From Penicillus capitatus (Eukaryota > Plantae > Chlorophyta): a DNA stretch of 64,000 nt. The notes beneath the pieces are model-generated. The model did not search any database. It worked only from the letters and a program-made list of their open reading frames with translations, and was not told the DNA's origin. Positions 8,695 through 21,382 of the stretch are shown here, in pieces. The first letter of the stretch is position 1. Each line of letters starts with the position of its first letter. The DNA is taken from NCBI GenBank assembly GCA_965649825.1, contig OZ287705.1, positions 638,990-702,989 of the forward strand, written 5' to 3'. Position numbers and translations under genes: made by a program.

Positions 8695-10216
8695 GGTTTC
8701 TTCGATAGCACAGTCGGTTCTTCTTCGCGAAGGTCGACGGACAGTTCGTGTGTTTCTCGAATCCGAAAACCGCGAATGAAGAATCGCCGTGGCGGGCGGA
8801 CTTTATTCCTCCGACGGTTCTGCGCCGCCATTCGCCACGCGGCTGCCTTCCATGGAGGGCTGTCCCTCGTCCGAGTCGGTACGCGTGCCAAGTGCTCGGC
8901 AAAGACGATGGAGAGACTCCATTCGTCATAGCGTCGTGGTCCCGTAACGGCCAGACTTCGTCGTGCAGGACGTCCGAGTCGCGTCCTGCAGTTCTTCTAT
9001 CCGTCGTCCGCCGCTTTGTCCGTGCAGATGCTTCGATGCCGCCGATGTACGAACGGTCTCTACCGAAGGTCGCTGACTTCAAGAATCGACTGCCTGTCAT
9101 ATCATCCTTCCTTGACGAGCGATCTTCTGGGGCTTATGTGCTAGAAACCGTCGAAAGTGCAATCCCGCGATGCCGAAGGTGGACAAGGGAGGCATCTGTT
9201 CAAGGCGACGTCGAGCGTGACGGATCAGGTTTCCTCTCCTTCTGTCGTGCAGTCCGTGTGTCTGGTCACTGTACTCGGCGTAAACTTCCGTTTCTGAATC
9301 TGGTGATCGCGGCCGTGCGTCGACAGTCTGCGACCGACGTAAGATGAACCACGGCTCGACTATCGGATAGTGTCTACCGCACCGTGCGACGGTGTCTGCG
9401 TCTGCCCTCAATATGCAAATCTAATGTCGTACATGATGTTGCACAAAATTCGGCAATCTATCGGTCTATGCAGAACTCATGTCGCACAAGAAACAAAAAA
9501 CACTTTGAGGGTTATGTATTTAGTGCGAGACAGGGAAGAACAGTGCAGTTTTGCAGGCATCTCGTCTCGTTCCATCCACTACGAAGTGGAACACGGCAAA
9601 GCACTGTTAACGGCACGTAAACGCAACAAAGCGTAGAAACTGTGCTACCTAGAGAGGACGATGCATTGTCAGCCGGATGGGTAGAGTCATTTAGAGATGT
9701 TTCAAGTTGTCTAGAGTCACGATGGATAAGCGTTGTTTGTCGTTACTCCACTGAACTCTTCGTCCAAATGTGCACGATGACGGAGGATTAAAGTCACATC
9801 TCCTGACTGTCTGCGCAGATAACGATGCCCTTGCCAGGCAACTCATCTGAAAACGCCACACGATAGGAGTAGCCTTGTGATACAGAGTAACTGATCGAGC
9901 GAACAGACTCTTAGTTCGTGGATGCCTTGCCGCGTTCATAGGCCAGCAGAAACAAAACCATCGTCCAGCCACGACAGTTCTTTACCAAAGCTGAGTCGTC
10001 TGTCTACAGCAGCCGCATCCGACGCGAAACGCGCGTAACGATGCGTCGCACAACAAACTTCAATCATTAAACACTGTTCAGAGTTGCAAGTTGAGATGGA
10101 GCTTTATTTACAGCGCCATCGAATTGGGGCACTAGAACATGTCTGGCATGTGAATGACAGACCAAGAATAGACAGCAGGATGTGCATGATAGAAACGCCA
10201 TGAATCATGCAGTCTC

Positions 10217-12945
10217 CTAATAAGGATACAAGAGAAACTCGAGCTTAGCTCGAGTACTCGTAGAGCACGAAACAAAACCAACATAGCATATGCGATCGTA
10301 TGGAGTGCGACCACTGTCGTCTTTAGCCAACTTGGATGCACCACCAGCAAGTAGTACCTGTACCATATGACAACTGTACCCAAGATTCGAACGATTCTGT
10401 GGTGTACCTCTACGACTTCAACCACACCGTAATCTGCCGCCCAATGAAGTGGAGTAGCGCCGTACGTGGTTTTGGCTTCGATGTTTGCGCCACGGTCAAG
10501 GAGGACCTTCGACAGACGACAATTCTTCATAGACAGCGAACATTGCGTCGACTAACCTTTATGGCATCGACCTGTTTTTTCGCTACTGCTTCATGAAGCG
10601 GAGTAGGACCATCTACATCCTTGGCGTCGATGTTCGCGCCACTGTCAAGGAGGACCTTTGTTGACCGCCATTCTTCACGAGACGGCGAATATTATGCTGA
10701 CAAACCTTTATGACTTCGACGCATCCTCCCATTGCTGCTTGATGAAGTGGAGTCGTGCTGTATTTATCTTCCTTAGCCTCGATATCCGCGCCGCGGTCAA
10801 GCAGGACCTTCGACAGACGGCCATTTTTCACACACAGCGAACATTGCGTCTACTAACCTTTACGACTCCAACCTCGTCCTGATATGCTGCCGAATGAAGT
10901 GGAGTTGTGCCGCTTGAGCTTTTTGCCTCGATATCTGCGCCTCGGTCAAGAAGAACCTTCGGCAGACAGCCATTCGTCAGAAAAGATTGGTAACTGCGTC
11001 GATGGACCTTTGCGGCTTCCACTTTTCCGTACGCTGCTGCTTGATGAAGTGGAGTCGTGCTGTGTTTATCTTCCTTAGCCTCGATATCCGCTCCGCGGTC
11101 AAGGAGGACCTTCGACAGACGGCCATTCTTCACACACAGCGAACATTGCGTCTACTAACCTTTACGACTCCAACCTCGTCATGATATACTGCAGTATGAA
11201 GTGGAGTAAAGCCGTCTGAGTCTTTGGCCTCGATATCTGCGCCTCGGTCAAGAAGAACCTTCGGCAAACGACCATTCGTCAGAAAACGTGGAAGACTGCG
11301 TCGACAGACCTTTGCGGCTTCGACATTTCCGATCGCCGCTGCTTGATGAAGTGGAGTAGATCCGTCTGAGTCTTTGGCCTCGATGTTTGCACCATGGTCA
11401 AGGAGGACCTTCGTTGACCGCCATTCTTCACGAGACGGCGAAGATTGCATGGACAAACCTTTATGACTTCGACGCATAATCCGATTACTGCTTGATGAAG
11501 TGGAGTAGTCTCGTCTTCGTTTTTGGCTTCGATATTTGCCCCACGGTCGAGGAGGACCTTCGGCAAACGGCCATTCTTCACACACAGTGAACATTGTTGT
11601 CTACTAACCTTTACGACTCCAACCTCGTCATTATATGCTGCAGCATGAAGTGGAGTTCCGCCGCTTGAGCCTTTTGCCTCGATGTTCGCGCCTCGGTCAA
11701 GAAGAACCTTCGGCAGACGACCATTCGTCAGAAAAGATTGGTAACTGCGTCGATGGACCTTTGCGGCTTCGACATTTCCGGTCGCTGCTGCTTGATGGAG
11801 TGGAGTCGAGCCGTATTCATCTTCCTTAGCCTCGATATCCGCGCCGCGGTCAAGGAGAACCTTCGACAGACGGCCATTCTTCACACACAGCGAACATTGC
11901 GTCTACTAACCTTTAAGACTCCAACCTTGTCATAATATATTGCAGTATGAAGTGGAGTAAAGCCGCTTGAGCTTTTTGTCTCGATATCTGCGCCTCGATC
12001 AAGAAGAACCTTCGGCAGACGACCATTCGTCAGAAAAAGTTGATAACTGCGTCGACGGACCTTTACGGCTTCGACATTTCCGTACCCTGCTGCTTGATGG
12101 AGTGGAGTCAAGCCGTATTCATCTTCCTTAGCCTCGATATCCGCGCCGTGGTCAAGCAAGACCTTAATTGACGAGAATTCTGCACGACACAGCGAAGACT
12201 GAGCCGGTGGACCTTTATGGCTTCAACATTTCCGGTCCCTGCTGCTTGATGAAGTGGAGTCCAGCCGCTATTGTCTGCAGTCTCGACGTCTGCGAGTTGG
12301 TAAAGGTGAAACTGTGTCCACAGTTGTGACCATGGCAATCTGATTTGGTTAGCACACACCTTCTCGAGTTCATTACTTCCATCCGCAGCCCTCTTATGAA
12401 GTCGAGCCTGCCTGTCGATTCCGACAGCCTTATTGCCTGTTCTTTGCCCAAGGGCGCCCTATGTCAGTAAAAACGATCCGAGGCGTTGTGTTACAGACGC
12501 TCTATTTTACGTGGTAGGTTTTCTGAATTCCGGTTTCTCCCTGCACAAGAACATCGCGCTGGTTTCTCGACGACGCTAACCGCACCTCAGTCGTTCTTCG
12601 GATCTTTACGGCTGCGGCTTCTCTGTGTTTCGTTCCTGGAATCAAGACAGCAGCGCGCACAAGGAACAACACATGCGAGCTTTGTTACCCCGACGCGCAT
12701 AGTCGCCGCTCTGAGGATGGGCATCGGAGCCGCCATTTAGTCAAGATGTCAGTACAACGCGAGTCCTACCTCGGGTCTGGAGAAGACGGAGTTGGCGAAC
12801 GCGTCGTCTGTAAAGAAGTCTGCTCAGCAGAAGACATCGCCGTCGACACAGATGCATGACCGACGACGGTACCGCGGCTGCCCGTCGACTTGCGCGGTGC
12901 AAAGAGCAGAAGGCAGAGGCACGTGTGCAGAACGGCGCACTTCAT
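10217..12945 (-). CDS. Ankyrin gene D: predicted secreted protein with signal peptide, 4 micro-exons, 1 degenerate and 13 ankyrin exons, and a two-Cys cap
   Basis: MKCAVLHTCLCLLLFAPRKSTGSR; micro-exons; degenerate 99-nt repeat GALGQRTGNKAVGIDRQARLHKRAADGSNELEK; FHLYQLADVETADNSGWTPLHQAAGTGNVEAIK; twelve further repeats of the VLLD(R/H/S)GA type; cap VLLAGGASKLAKDDSGRTPYDRICYVGFVSCSTSTRAKLEFLLYPY-TAG. Confidence 0.88.
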
Positions 12946-14040
12946 GTTTTTGCAAGCAAAGCGTCAGAGGCACTGCGAAGAATCGTTCAGTCGTGTTGAA
13001 ACGCGAGGTTTGGAACAAAACACACACGACGATTCAGATTCAGAATTGAATTTGTAGGCTGTCCGCGCTGTCATCCGAATCTACAGGACATCGCTTGCAT
13101 TCCTTCAAGGCTATTTGCGGAACGAGCCTAACGGCAGCAAGCCTCGGGCGTCCGGTTTCTGAGGAGTCGGAACGCGGAAAGGCGACCAGACGGCGTCCAA
13201 GCCTGCTTGAGGCCCTTCGCTGTTGTTCGTACTTGCGTCCGCCGACAGCGTGCAGTTCGTCTTCTGACTGCGACATGGGCATCATTCGCTTACGTGCAAG
13301 CGATCTCTTACCTGTCGAGACTGTCGCAGGCGACGACAGCCAGGGAAGACTTCGCGTCGTCGTCCTGGCAAAAAGATCGTCTCTGCGCTTCGGTGGCGAA
13401 CATCGAATGGACTGTCCGAATGGACATTTAAAGGGTCATCCTGCTGCCAGCTGAACATGAACTTGTTCTCCACTGCGCCTCTGCGGCGCATCGCGTACGT
13501 TTAAGGTATGTATCCAGGGCCTTCTGCACTGATGTGTTGAGTCGACATTTATCTTAGATTACCTGTACGAAACGCTCGTCATTCGGGAATCTGTGTATCA
13601 AGCGATGTGGACAGTAAGGGATGCGATTACAACCTTGATGTGATCTCAAGTCTGCCATGTGGTGCAGGAGGCACTTTATGAGGAAGGGCGGCTTTGTACA
13701 GCGAAGTTTGCTAATGATGTGAATCTGGCTGCGGCTTTCACACGTCGACAGGAGTCGTTTTTCTAAGTACAACAACCAATATCTGTCATTCTAGCACTGC
13801 TGTCTATTTGTCGTCCGTGATGACATCCATCAAACTGCTGTCTGCTGTGGAGGGAGAGAGACAAGTGATTCTGTGCTTTGCTCAGGCGAGAGATACTGTG
13901 TAAGAGCTGGCAGAGGTGCAAGAGGTTCCACGTTAGTCAGGGGTAAACCAGACGTCCAGAATTCAAGCAGTATGCCGTGGAATGCACTCTGTGATTGTCG
14001 CCTGTTCGATTGCTGGCCTTACTTACGTACGATGTCTCTT
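12775..14040. repeat. ~1.25-kb segmental duplication, copy 2 (gene D 5' exons and upstream flank; copy 1 at 3775-5020)
   Basis: Collinear high-identity match to 3775-5020. Confidence 0.9.
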
Positions 14041-17000
14041 AGGATGAAGTCATCGAGGATCGCGACTTGAAGAGTTCTTTTGCCGCTGGGGTGACGGCAG
14101 ATGACAGATACCGAGCACAAGACCGAAACTGCGCCACGCGCCTGAGTTGCGTCATCCTAATACCTTCTAGGTAAGGCGCGAGATGCTCCGCGGATGATCG
14201 TAGTCTGCTAGGTGTTATGATGAAGGAAATGGCTGCCTGTCGATCCACCTACTCGCTACTGCCAAAGGTCTAGATCTGCCTGAGCCTCATTCTGTCTCAC
14301 GAACCGTAAGTCTGCAGGTCATCGCGTCGCCATCGACTGTCCATCCGTCTCTTTAAACTCTTACTGCAAACAGTCAGTCTTATCTGTCACTTGTGCGTCC
14401 ATATTGCAGAGCTTTTCAACATCGTCCTTCTCCAAGCGTTCCTCAGAAGTGGAAACTGCTCGACACCTGGATCGTTGTAGTTGAAGACGATGATATGGCG
14501 GTCGTGGATATAGTACAGGACCTTGGACAGCCAATGGCGCTTGAACCACAAGGAAGAGCATCATGATTACACTGTCGTTTAGTGTACGACACTTGAGTCT
14601 TTCTGCTGTGATGTGACGCAATTTTGATAGACTGATCAAATCAAGCCTCTTGCTGTTTGGCTTCGCCATCCCTGCTAACGACGCCGTCTCGCTGCCATCA
14701 TGGCAACTCCGTCATCGTGCGATTGAGCACACCTCTCTCCCGGCAGCACTAGTATAGAGCCTTCAAGGACTGACTGCCTGTCGTTTTCGGCCTTTCTCTC
14801 GAGAATGACTTGTCGTTTCGATTGAATGCCCTTCCCTAGCAATCAGTCTCGTCGTAGCTGTTCTCCTCGGAAACATCTCTTGACAGGACTGCTGTCGTAT
14901 CATCCTTCTCTGTCGAGAGCTCTTTTGAGACTGTACGTATGGGCTGACAACTGTCGAAGATGCAGCTTCGTGCTGCTGAGGGTGGACAGAGAAGATCGAA
15001 CTGCATCTCGGAGCTCCGCGTGGAGGCACCTGTGGCAAACACACTTCTGGCAGAGTGCCTACAGTCCTATGCTGTGCAAGATACATGCAGTAACGCGCTG
15101 TCCTTCGACTGCTATCAGAAAATCACTCACGGTCACACTCGGACTCTCCCACCGAAGCCTCAATTGGAGGACTGGCAATCTCTTGACTGCAGGATGACCC
15201 TTGACTGACTCAAGGGTCATCTAAGTCTTGTCAGACGAATACCTTCCGCTCCGTCGTGGGTAGCCGGTGACACGTCGCGACAGAGAGGTAGGTGTTCGTT
15301 CCGTTTCTGCGGCCCTTCCGTCCGCGCCACTGTGTTTCCTCTGTCCCTTGCGAGTGCGGTCTGGCATGGGACAGGTGGCATGGATGGATGCTTTGGAGAG
15401 AGCCCTTCAACACGACTGTCGCATTTCGGCTGCCGTGACGTTGAGCAACTCCAGAACAGGAGAAGAACGTCGACGGAAGCATGTGACTGTTGCCTTCGCG
15501 AATACGGATCTCCGAATCCGGGTAACTGATGGTCACTTGAAGCGTCGAAATGGATTGCCTCCGAGGCAGAAGGACTGGAAGTCTCCGACACCCGAATAGA
15601 ACGTTGCCGGCCCGTCCCCGTTCCGCTCCGGATCAGGATTCGCACTTATGAGAAGCATCAGAGATGCCGACCGCATTGCTTATGACTTTGGCGGAAGTGC
15701 AGCCGGAATCACTGCACGCCGCTTGGCTCTCAACAGATCGACTTTTGAATGCAATGGAGGAAGCACACCGTTGACATCGCGCAGAGGAGACGGCTGAAAC
15801 TTCAAGGTCCTCTCCGAACCATGGCTCCGCAGAATGATACGAAGAGGTGTTCCCAGAAGAGCACAGGACGGATAGGATCATCGATCAAGGCGTCAACGTG
15901 TGTCGGACGACGTTTCGTTAGCCGTACAGTAATGAATGCGAGGAATGAAGCCGAATATGATGCCGTCACGGGTGCCGAATAGAATGGAAAGGAAGCGTTT
16001 TGGTCTCTTAGATGTCTTCAAACGGAAGAAGGCTCTGGCAGTCCATGTAACGACAAACCTTCTGGGTCACCCTGAGAGGTATGCACAAGCTCGGAGCCAA
16101 CGGGTTCAGAAACACTGTATCGTAGATCTCTTTCGCGACGGCATCAGTAGTTTCATTACAGAGCGACTGCAGATCGATAAGAGAAATGGAAGAAGGTCTG
16201 TCCATCGTCGACTAGAGAAAGAAGTCTGAAGTAGTGGTGTCCACAGCAGAAGTGCGTTCCAGTGCTTAAACTGACTTTTGTGAAAACACTGTTGCAGGTG
16301 AATCATTTGAATGATGATGAGTGCGTCACGGGCAAGCTGTTCATGTCTTCGGAGGTGTTGGCCAGCTGTCAGACAAGCAATGTGTGTGAGAGGCACAGGA
16401 TAAGGCACGGTCACGACATGATTGTATATCGAGGAGAGAATTGGCCGAGGCGTTATTGGAAGATGAAGAAGGTGTGTTCTTGACGAGATGCAGACATGTT
16501 CTTACAGCATTCACCCGCCGCTAGAGAACACAAGGGTAGAGTTCTATGATTCTTGTCGGTATGTGAGTGGTGGCTGTAGTCATGCATCGTTGTGCAAATG
16601 GAAGAAGCAAAGGCAACAATGAATGCCGGAGATCGTAACATTATCGATGGCCATTTCGCGAATCGTCAAAGTTTATCAGTGGACACTACCCTGTCTGAGT
16701 GACGTGACGGTCTCTAGTAAAGCAGTCGTTTTCTTTTTCGATGGCAAAACAGCTTTTCGTTCGGAGTTCGTTACATAAGAGAGCTGTTGCGATGACCGTT
16801 TAAACGGGCAATGCCTTGCCAGTATCCGATATCAACGCTGCTGCAAAACAACATCAAGACGGACAAGAATCCTTCGCACCCAACACAGAAAAAGAAAAAG
16901 AGTGGAAATCATGCAACGCGTGACAGGCCAATGCGGACTGTTATTATTATTCCCTGCGTCTTGATGGTCACACACCAACCATTCATCCTCTATATCCACT

Positions 17001-17117
17001 AAAAACACTCGACGAACTGCAGCGGCCATCCCAGCCACCATACTCTCTCTGAAAAAGGATCTGGTAGGCAGACATTGTGATCAAGGCATGTGCCTGTCAA
17101 GAGGGAAGTGGACGCAC

Positions 17118-17324
17118 ATTCTCGACGTTTTCGTTCCCGAACTGATCGGCCAATTCTTTGGGCAGAAGACCATTGCATCGATCGCAGATGTCGACGCCGC
17201 CAATGTCGATGTACTGATTGACGAGGCCTCCGCAATTGGGATCGTCTGTCTTTGCCGCCAAGCACTGGGGCGTCAAGCCATCTTTGTTTTCGATCGTCGA
17301 ATCGGCACCAGAATTCAGGAAGAG
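17118..17324 (-). CDS. Isolated exon with about two divergent ankyrin-like repeats; the rest of the gene is not resolved and may be a pseudogene
   Basis: TTGCAG|LFLNSGADSTIENKDGLTPQCLAAKTDDPNCGGLVNQYIDIGGVDICDRCNGLLPKELADQFGNENVEN|GTGCGT is a phase-0 exon with a GAD...GLTP..LAA motif. Confidence 0.45.
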
Positions 17325-18004
17325 CTGCAAAACAGCACCCCACGGCAGTCTACAGATGTTGATGTACGGAATAGACATACGGCGTTCATGGGCGATTGGC
17401 AGAAGCGGCTTGTCGTATGCAAAGGCGTGTCGCCGTTGGCGTCCGTAACGTCGACGTTGCATTGGAAACGCTCGGCCTCGATGAGCTCTCAGGCAAAGGT
17501 AACGGCTTCGAACTGAGCCGCCGAGTGGTCCATTTGGATAGACCATTCGATGTGGTCTCCGTCTCGCAGAGACGACCGTTTCGTCTCGACGACAACGGAC
17601 AGTTCTCTTTAGCAGCAGCTGAGCGCACTGGCTCCGAAGACAAGGTCACCTCTCGCGTGTAGGTGAATGATGCCCATGTCACTGTCGGAACGCGAAAGGT
17701 CGCCCCGCTGCGAAAAGAAGTACTCGCCACTCGACGGAGCTTCATGCAGCACGGGTCGCTGTCTGCTCTCTTTTCAGCGCTCTGGCTGTACGAGAAAGGG
17801 ACGCCAGAGGTTTCCTCTCGGAAACATCCTCCTCGAATGTGGCGAAGGATCGCCTGTTGTTGTCCGTACATCTGCACGACATCACGGACAGCCCGCAATT
17901 TCAATTTCGCAACGGAGTGTCGGTTTTCATTTGAACTTCGCATTCGAACCAGTGAAACGGAGTTTGGCCCTTACGGTGTCTCTGGCGTCTGCACTCGCGG
18001 AAAC

Positions 18005-19097
18005 ATGAAACGCGCTGTTCTTTGCGCTTGGCTCTGTTTCCTTCTTCCACGCTCGACTTTCGGAAGTCATGGTCGTGCCGGTTAAACCATCTCGTCCCTC
18101 AGTCGAGCTTGTCGTTGCGCGAAGGTGCCCAGCTGTCAGCGGAAGGGAACGCTGGAGATAGTCGCTTGCGCAACACAGCCGCCAAGAGAAACGACGACAA
18201 CGCCGAACAGGTGAAACAAACAACCGTAGACCGAGCGCGACGACAAAGGCTGCCGACGCAGTTGCAGATCGGGCACAACCCCGACTACCACAACGCTTCG
18301 ATCGTCGCAACGAAACCGCTTCATGTGGCAGCCGCACTGGGAAGAGCAGACCGCGTGAAGGTGCGTTAAGTAACATACGGGAGAAGGTTCACTGGCGAAT
18401 CTCTTCTGTGCAGCGTCTTCTCGATCGCGGTGCGGACATCGACGAGACAGAAGAGAACGGTTTCACAGCACTCCACTGCGCAGTGTCGATTCCCTCAGAA
18501 GGAAGCGCGGCGACTGTCGAAGCGAGAGCGCAGACCGTGAAAGTAAACGCCGATATGTGATCGCCCTGTCGCTTGTGATTGCGATTGCAGGTTCTGCTCG
18601 ACGAAGGAGCGAACATCGAAGCGAAAGACGAGCAGGGCATCACTCCATTGCACCTTGCAGCCGCCACAGGATGCGTGGAGGTTATTCAGGTGAGGCGCTC
18701 AGTCTGCTTTACAGCCGAGTGACGCGAGATGCCTTGGCAGATTCTGCTCGATCACGGCGCGTCCAAAAATGTGAAGGACACGTCGGGGAGCATCCCATAC
18801 GACCTTGTGTATCTCTTTGTGGACGAGGAGGATTCTGGAAACGAGAGGTCTGTGGTCGAGTCCATGTTGAATCCACAAGGGGATCGCAGCAACGACGATG
18901 GCAAGCACCGCCCGTGGTGGCGCATGGCACTGATCATCGGTTCTATTGGTTTCGTTGTTCTGATCGCCGTTCTTCTGACAGTCACGGCGTGCTGCGTTAT
19001 TCATGGACCATCGATGAGCATTGACACAACCAACGGTCCATCGCTGAGCTTTGACACGACCAACCACCCGTTTTATCCAACACGGTCCAAGATCTGA
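18005..19097 (+). CDS. Ankyrin gene E: predicted type I membrane protein (signal peptide, 3 ankyrin exons, cap, TM helix, short tail)
   Basis: MKRAVLCAWLCFLLPRSTFGSH; repeats ...ATKPLHVAAALGRADRVK, RLLDRGADIDETEENGFTALHCAV..., VLLDEGANIEAKDEQGITPLHLAAATGCVEVIQ; terminal exon ILLDHGASKNVKDTSGSIPYD...WWRMALIIGSIGFVVLIAVLLTVTACCVIHGPSMSIDTTNGPSLSFDTTNHPFYPTRSKI-TGA. Confidence 0.85.
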
Positions 19098-19776
19098 TGA
19101 CACTGGGAAATGACGTTGTGCGCATCTGGGTCAAAGTGGATACGAATGCTTGGACTCCTGAGTGATGCTGATGAGAGCGCAGGGTTTTAATCGCCTCGGT
19201 TCTATTCTTTCCTACGACGATATCGCGCCACTCGATCTTGTCGTGTCTTCAGGAGGGCAACTTCGTCGAATTGGACATCGCAATGTCCAACGTCCCGAGG
19301 CGCTCTGCAGATGTGGCCGTCATTGTGTGATTTCCTATAGACTTACCAGTTAAGGCGGTAGCTCTAATTGGGTTCCGACAGCTATGGATCCAAAGAGACC
19401 GTCGTCGCCATTTTAGAAGTTCCAGCAGCTGTCGCTGTCAGTGACGAGGACAACATGTGCACGACAGTCAGGTACGATGTGACCCGTTTAACATTGTCGT
19501 ACGGTGTGTATTGCTGTACAGACAGAGAAACCGAAATGGCCGAACAAACGCATCACGCTTCGAGAGACGATAGAAATCCACAAAGAACTGCATCCATTAC
19601 ACCCTTCTGTCTCGATCCCTCGTGCACAGCAAGGGGATACCGGACAGAAGGGACATCGGATAACCCAACGTTCACTAAACGAATCCGGACTGCAAGCCAC
19701 AGCGAAATCGATACACAGAAGGTACGTCTACAGGCGCGATGACGCGATAGCAGAACAAAAAACTATCGTCACGCAG

Positions 19777-21073
19777 ATCGCCGTTTGACGAACGGCAGTC
19801 AGACTATCTGGACTGGGGTCAGCCGATCCGTGCCACCAGCAGCATGGAGATCCGAAGACTGTCAATTCGAGTCAGGTGACAATGTGCATTTTCATGCATT
19901 AGAAGGCGTGAATGATTCGATCCTGCATCGAATTCGTCCGGAATATGTCATTTTGTTGCATTTCGACGTTGACTTCCTGAGAAAACTAGAAGTTTTTCAG
20001 GTGTTATGACCCTCTTGGCTGCATGATGTATCTAGCTGCGAATGTCGTAGGCGGAAAACCGGCACATGCAGTTAAGATGCTTCTTCGTCTTCGACAACAA
20101 CAAAGTTGAGAAGAAGATGGTAAGGCATGCCGTTCAACGGGAGGCAGACGTTTTCACGAATCTGGATAACAAGAGGGCATCCATTCTCATTCCTTCAAAC
20201 ACATTGGGACGATTCAACGTCCACTAGGTAAAGCATCGAGTAATTATCAAAATTGGTTCTAGAAAGAAGATTTTGCCGTGATAGAACGGAGAAAGGCGGA
20301 GGAGATATTAATGGATGACCGGGAATTCATGGCCAAACTCCCAGGCGCATTGGACTATGCAGGCTTAACGCTTTGTCCCTCCACACTAAAGGTAGGATAA
20401 TGAGAAATCAAGATCACAGCCACACAGATAAATGTATGGCAGGTGGGGGATTATATTTTGACGTCGGACATCGCCGTCGAGCGAAAGACCATCGACGACT
20501 TCAAGGCATCTTTTAAGTCAGAGAGAGTCTTCCACCAGTTGGCAGCGATGGTACAAGTTTTCAAGACGCCGATGTTGCTGATCGAATTGGACGAGAGGCA
20601 GATTCGCCTGCCAAATTATAATCTGTCTTTACCGACCTCTTCAAGGATGTCATTTCTCGTCTCTTTCGATTACTGCATGATTTTCCGTCCATCGGGTAGT
20701 TAACGATGATGCTTATTGTATAGGCCGACGGTGTTTTGTTTGTGTTTTGCAGGTTGATCTTGTCGCCATCCCCACATGCGACCTGTCAAGTCTTCGAAGA
20801 TCTAAAAAGGGATGGTGCCGAGCCAGATCAAGAAGACATCGAGAGACGATGTCGAGGGCAGAAGACGGATCGGACGAAAAGGTGGAAAGCTAGAGACATC
20901 ACCAGGTATGCCCTTTTCTGTCTATCTGTCCTGTTTACTCACCGTTTGGTGTTTGACTTGCGTCTAGAGACGTCCCTGGAGTCACAGAAATAATACGTCA
21001 GAATGTGCTAGAATTAATTCGGAAATTCAATGACTCTCCTAATCTGTCATTTGTACAGGTTTTTAAGTTGTAA
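19777..21073 (+). pseudogene. XPF: XPF/ERCC4 (UVH1/Rad1) C-terminal half: ERCC4 nuclease and HhH region, frameshifted
   Basis: VHFHALE..ILHRIRPEYVILLHFDVDFLRKLEVFQ / AENRHMQLRCFFVF...QREADVF / MDDREFMAKLP..L|VGDYILTSDIAVERKTIDDF...LLIEL / VISRLFRLLHDFPSIG|LILSPSPHAT / DVPGV match plant and animal XPF motifs (DxREF, GDY, ERKxxxD). A frameshift near 20600-20650 cannot be removed by any plausible intron. Confidence 0.85.
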
Positions 21074-21382
21074 TAGAATACACTAGAAGTGTGAGAACAT
21101 AAAGGTTCTGGCTGTGACCACAGTTCTGTGACAAAAGTGTTGTTTCTGGCTGCGAGTGAGAGTGACCGACCGAGTGAGAGCGGCAGGTTCCGTCGGACAT
21201 CTAATGGAAACTATAATGAGAACATGCCACGAGATCGTGGCAGCTAAGACTCGGTGTTTCCTCATGACATCTGAGGGATGTATCATCCGTTGAACCACAA
21301 GATCCTGCTTCCGACGATACGCCAGAGAGACACTGTGTCGGATGTTTGTTCGTACCGTATTGTAAAAGTTGTGTTTGTTCTA

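Noticed and set aside
10205-10219. TAG in gene D followed by GAG ACT GCA TGA, aligning with the TGA of paralogues and hinting at the ulvophyte TAR=Gln code
   Set aside because: ORFs of 450-590 codons contain many Gln residues encoded by CAA/CAG with no TAA/TAG interruptions, and P1, P3 and XPF end in TAG or TAA. The standard code with a 4-codon C-terminal truncation fits better.
11279-11884. Long ORFs reading through several ankyrin exons (also 2035-2583), suggesting programmed intron retention
   Set aside because: They arise from 51-nt stop-free introns. Other introns in the same arrays are 50 nt, and the mix is about what a 50-51 nt length distribution gives by chance.
1656-12945. Diversity-generating retroelement as the source of the hypervariability
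   Set aside because: No reverse transcriptase and no template/variable repeat pair differing only at adenines were seen. The variation pattern fits duplication, conversion and point mutation.
13700-17000. Numerous 60-140 aa ORFs here and at 27400-28900, 30500-31500, 37100-38500, 46600-48500 and 51000-53000
   Set aside because: I could not support any recognisable motif, consistent exon chain or transposase/RT signature. They may be decayed genes and are left unannotated.
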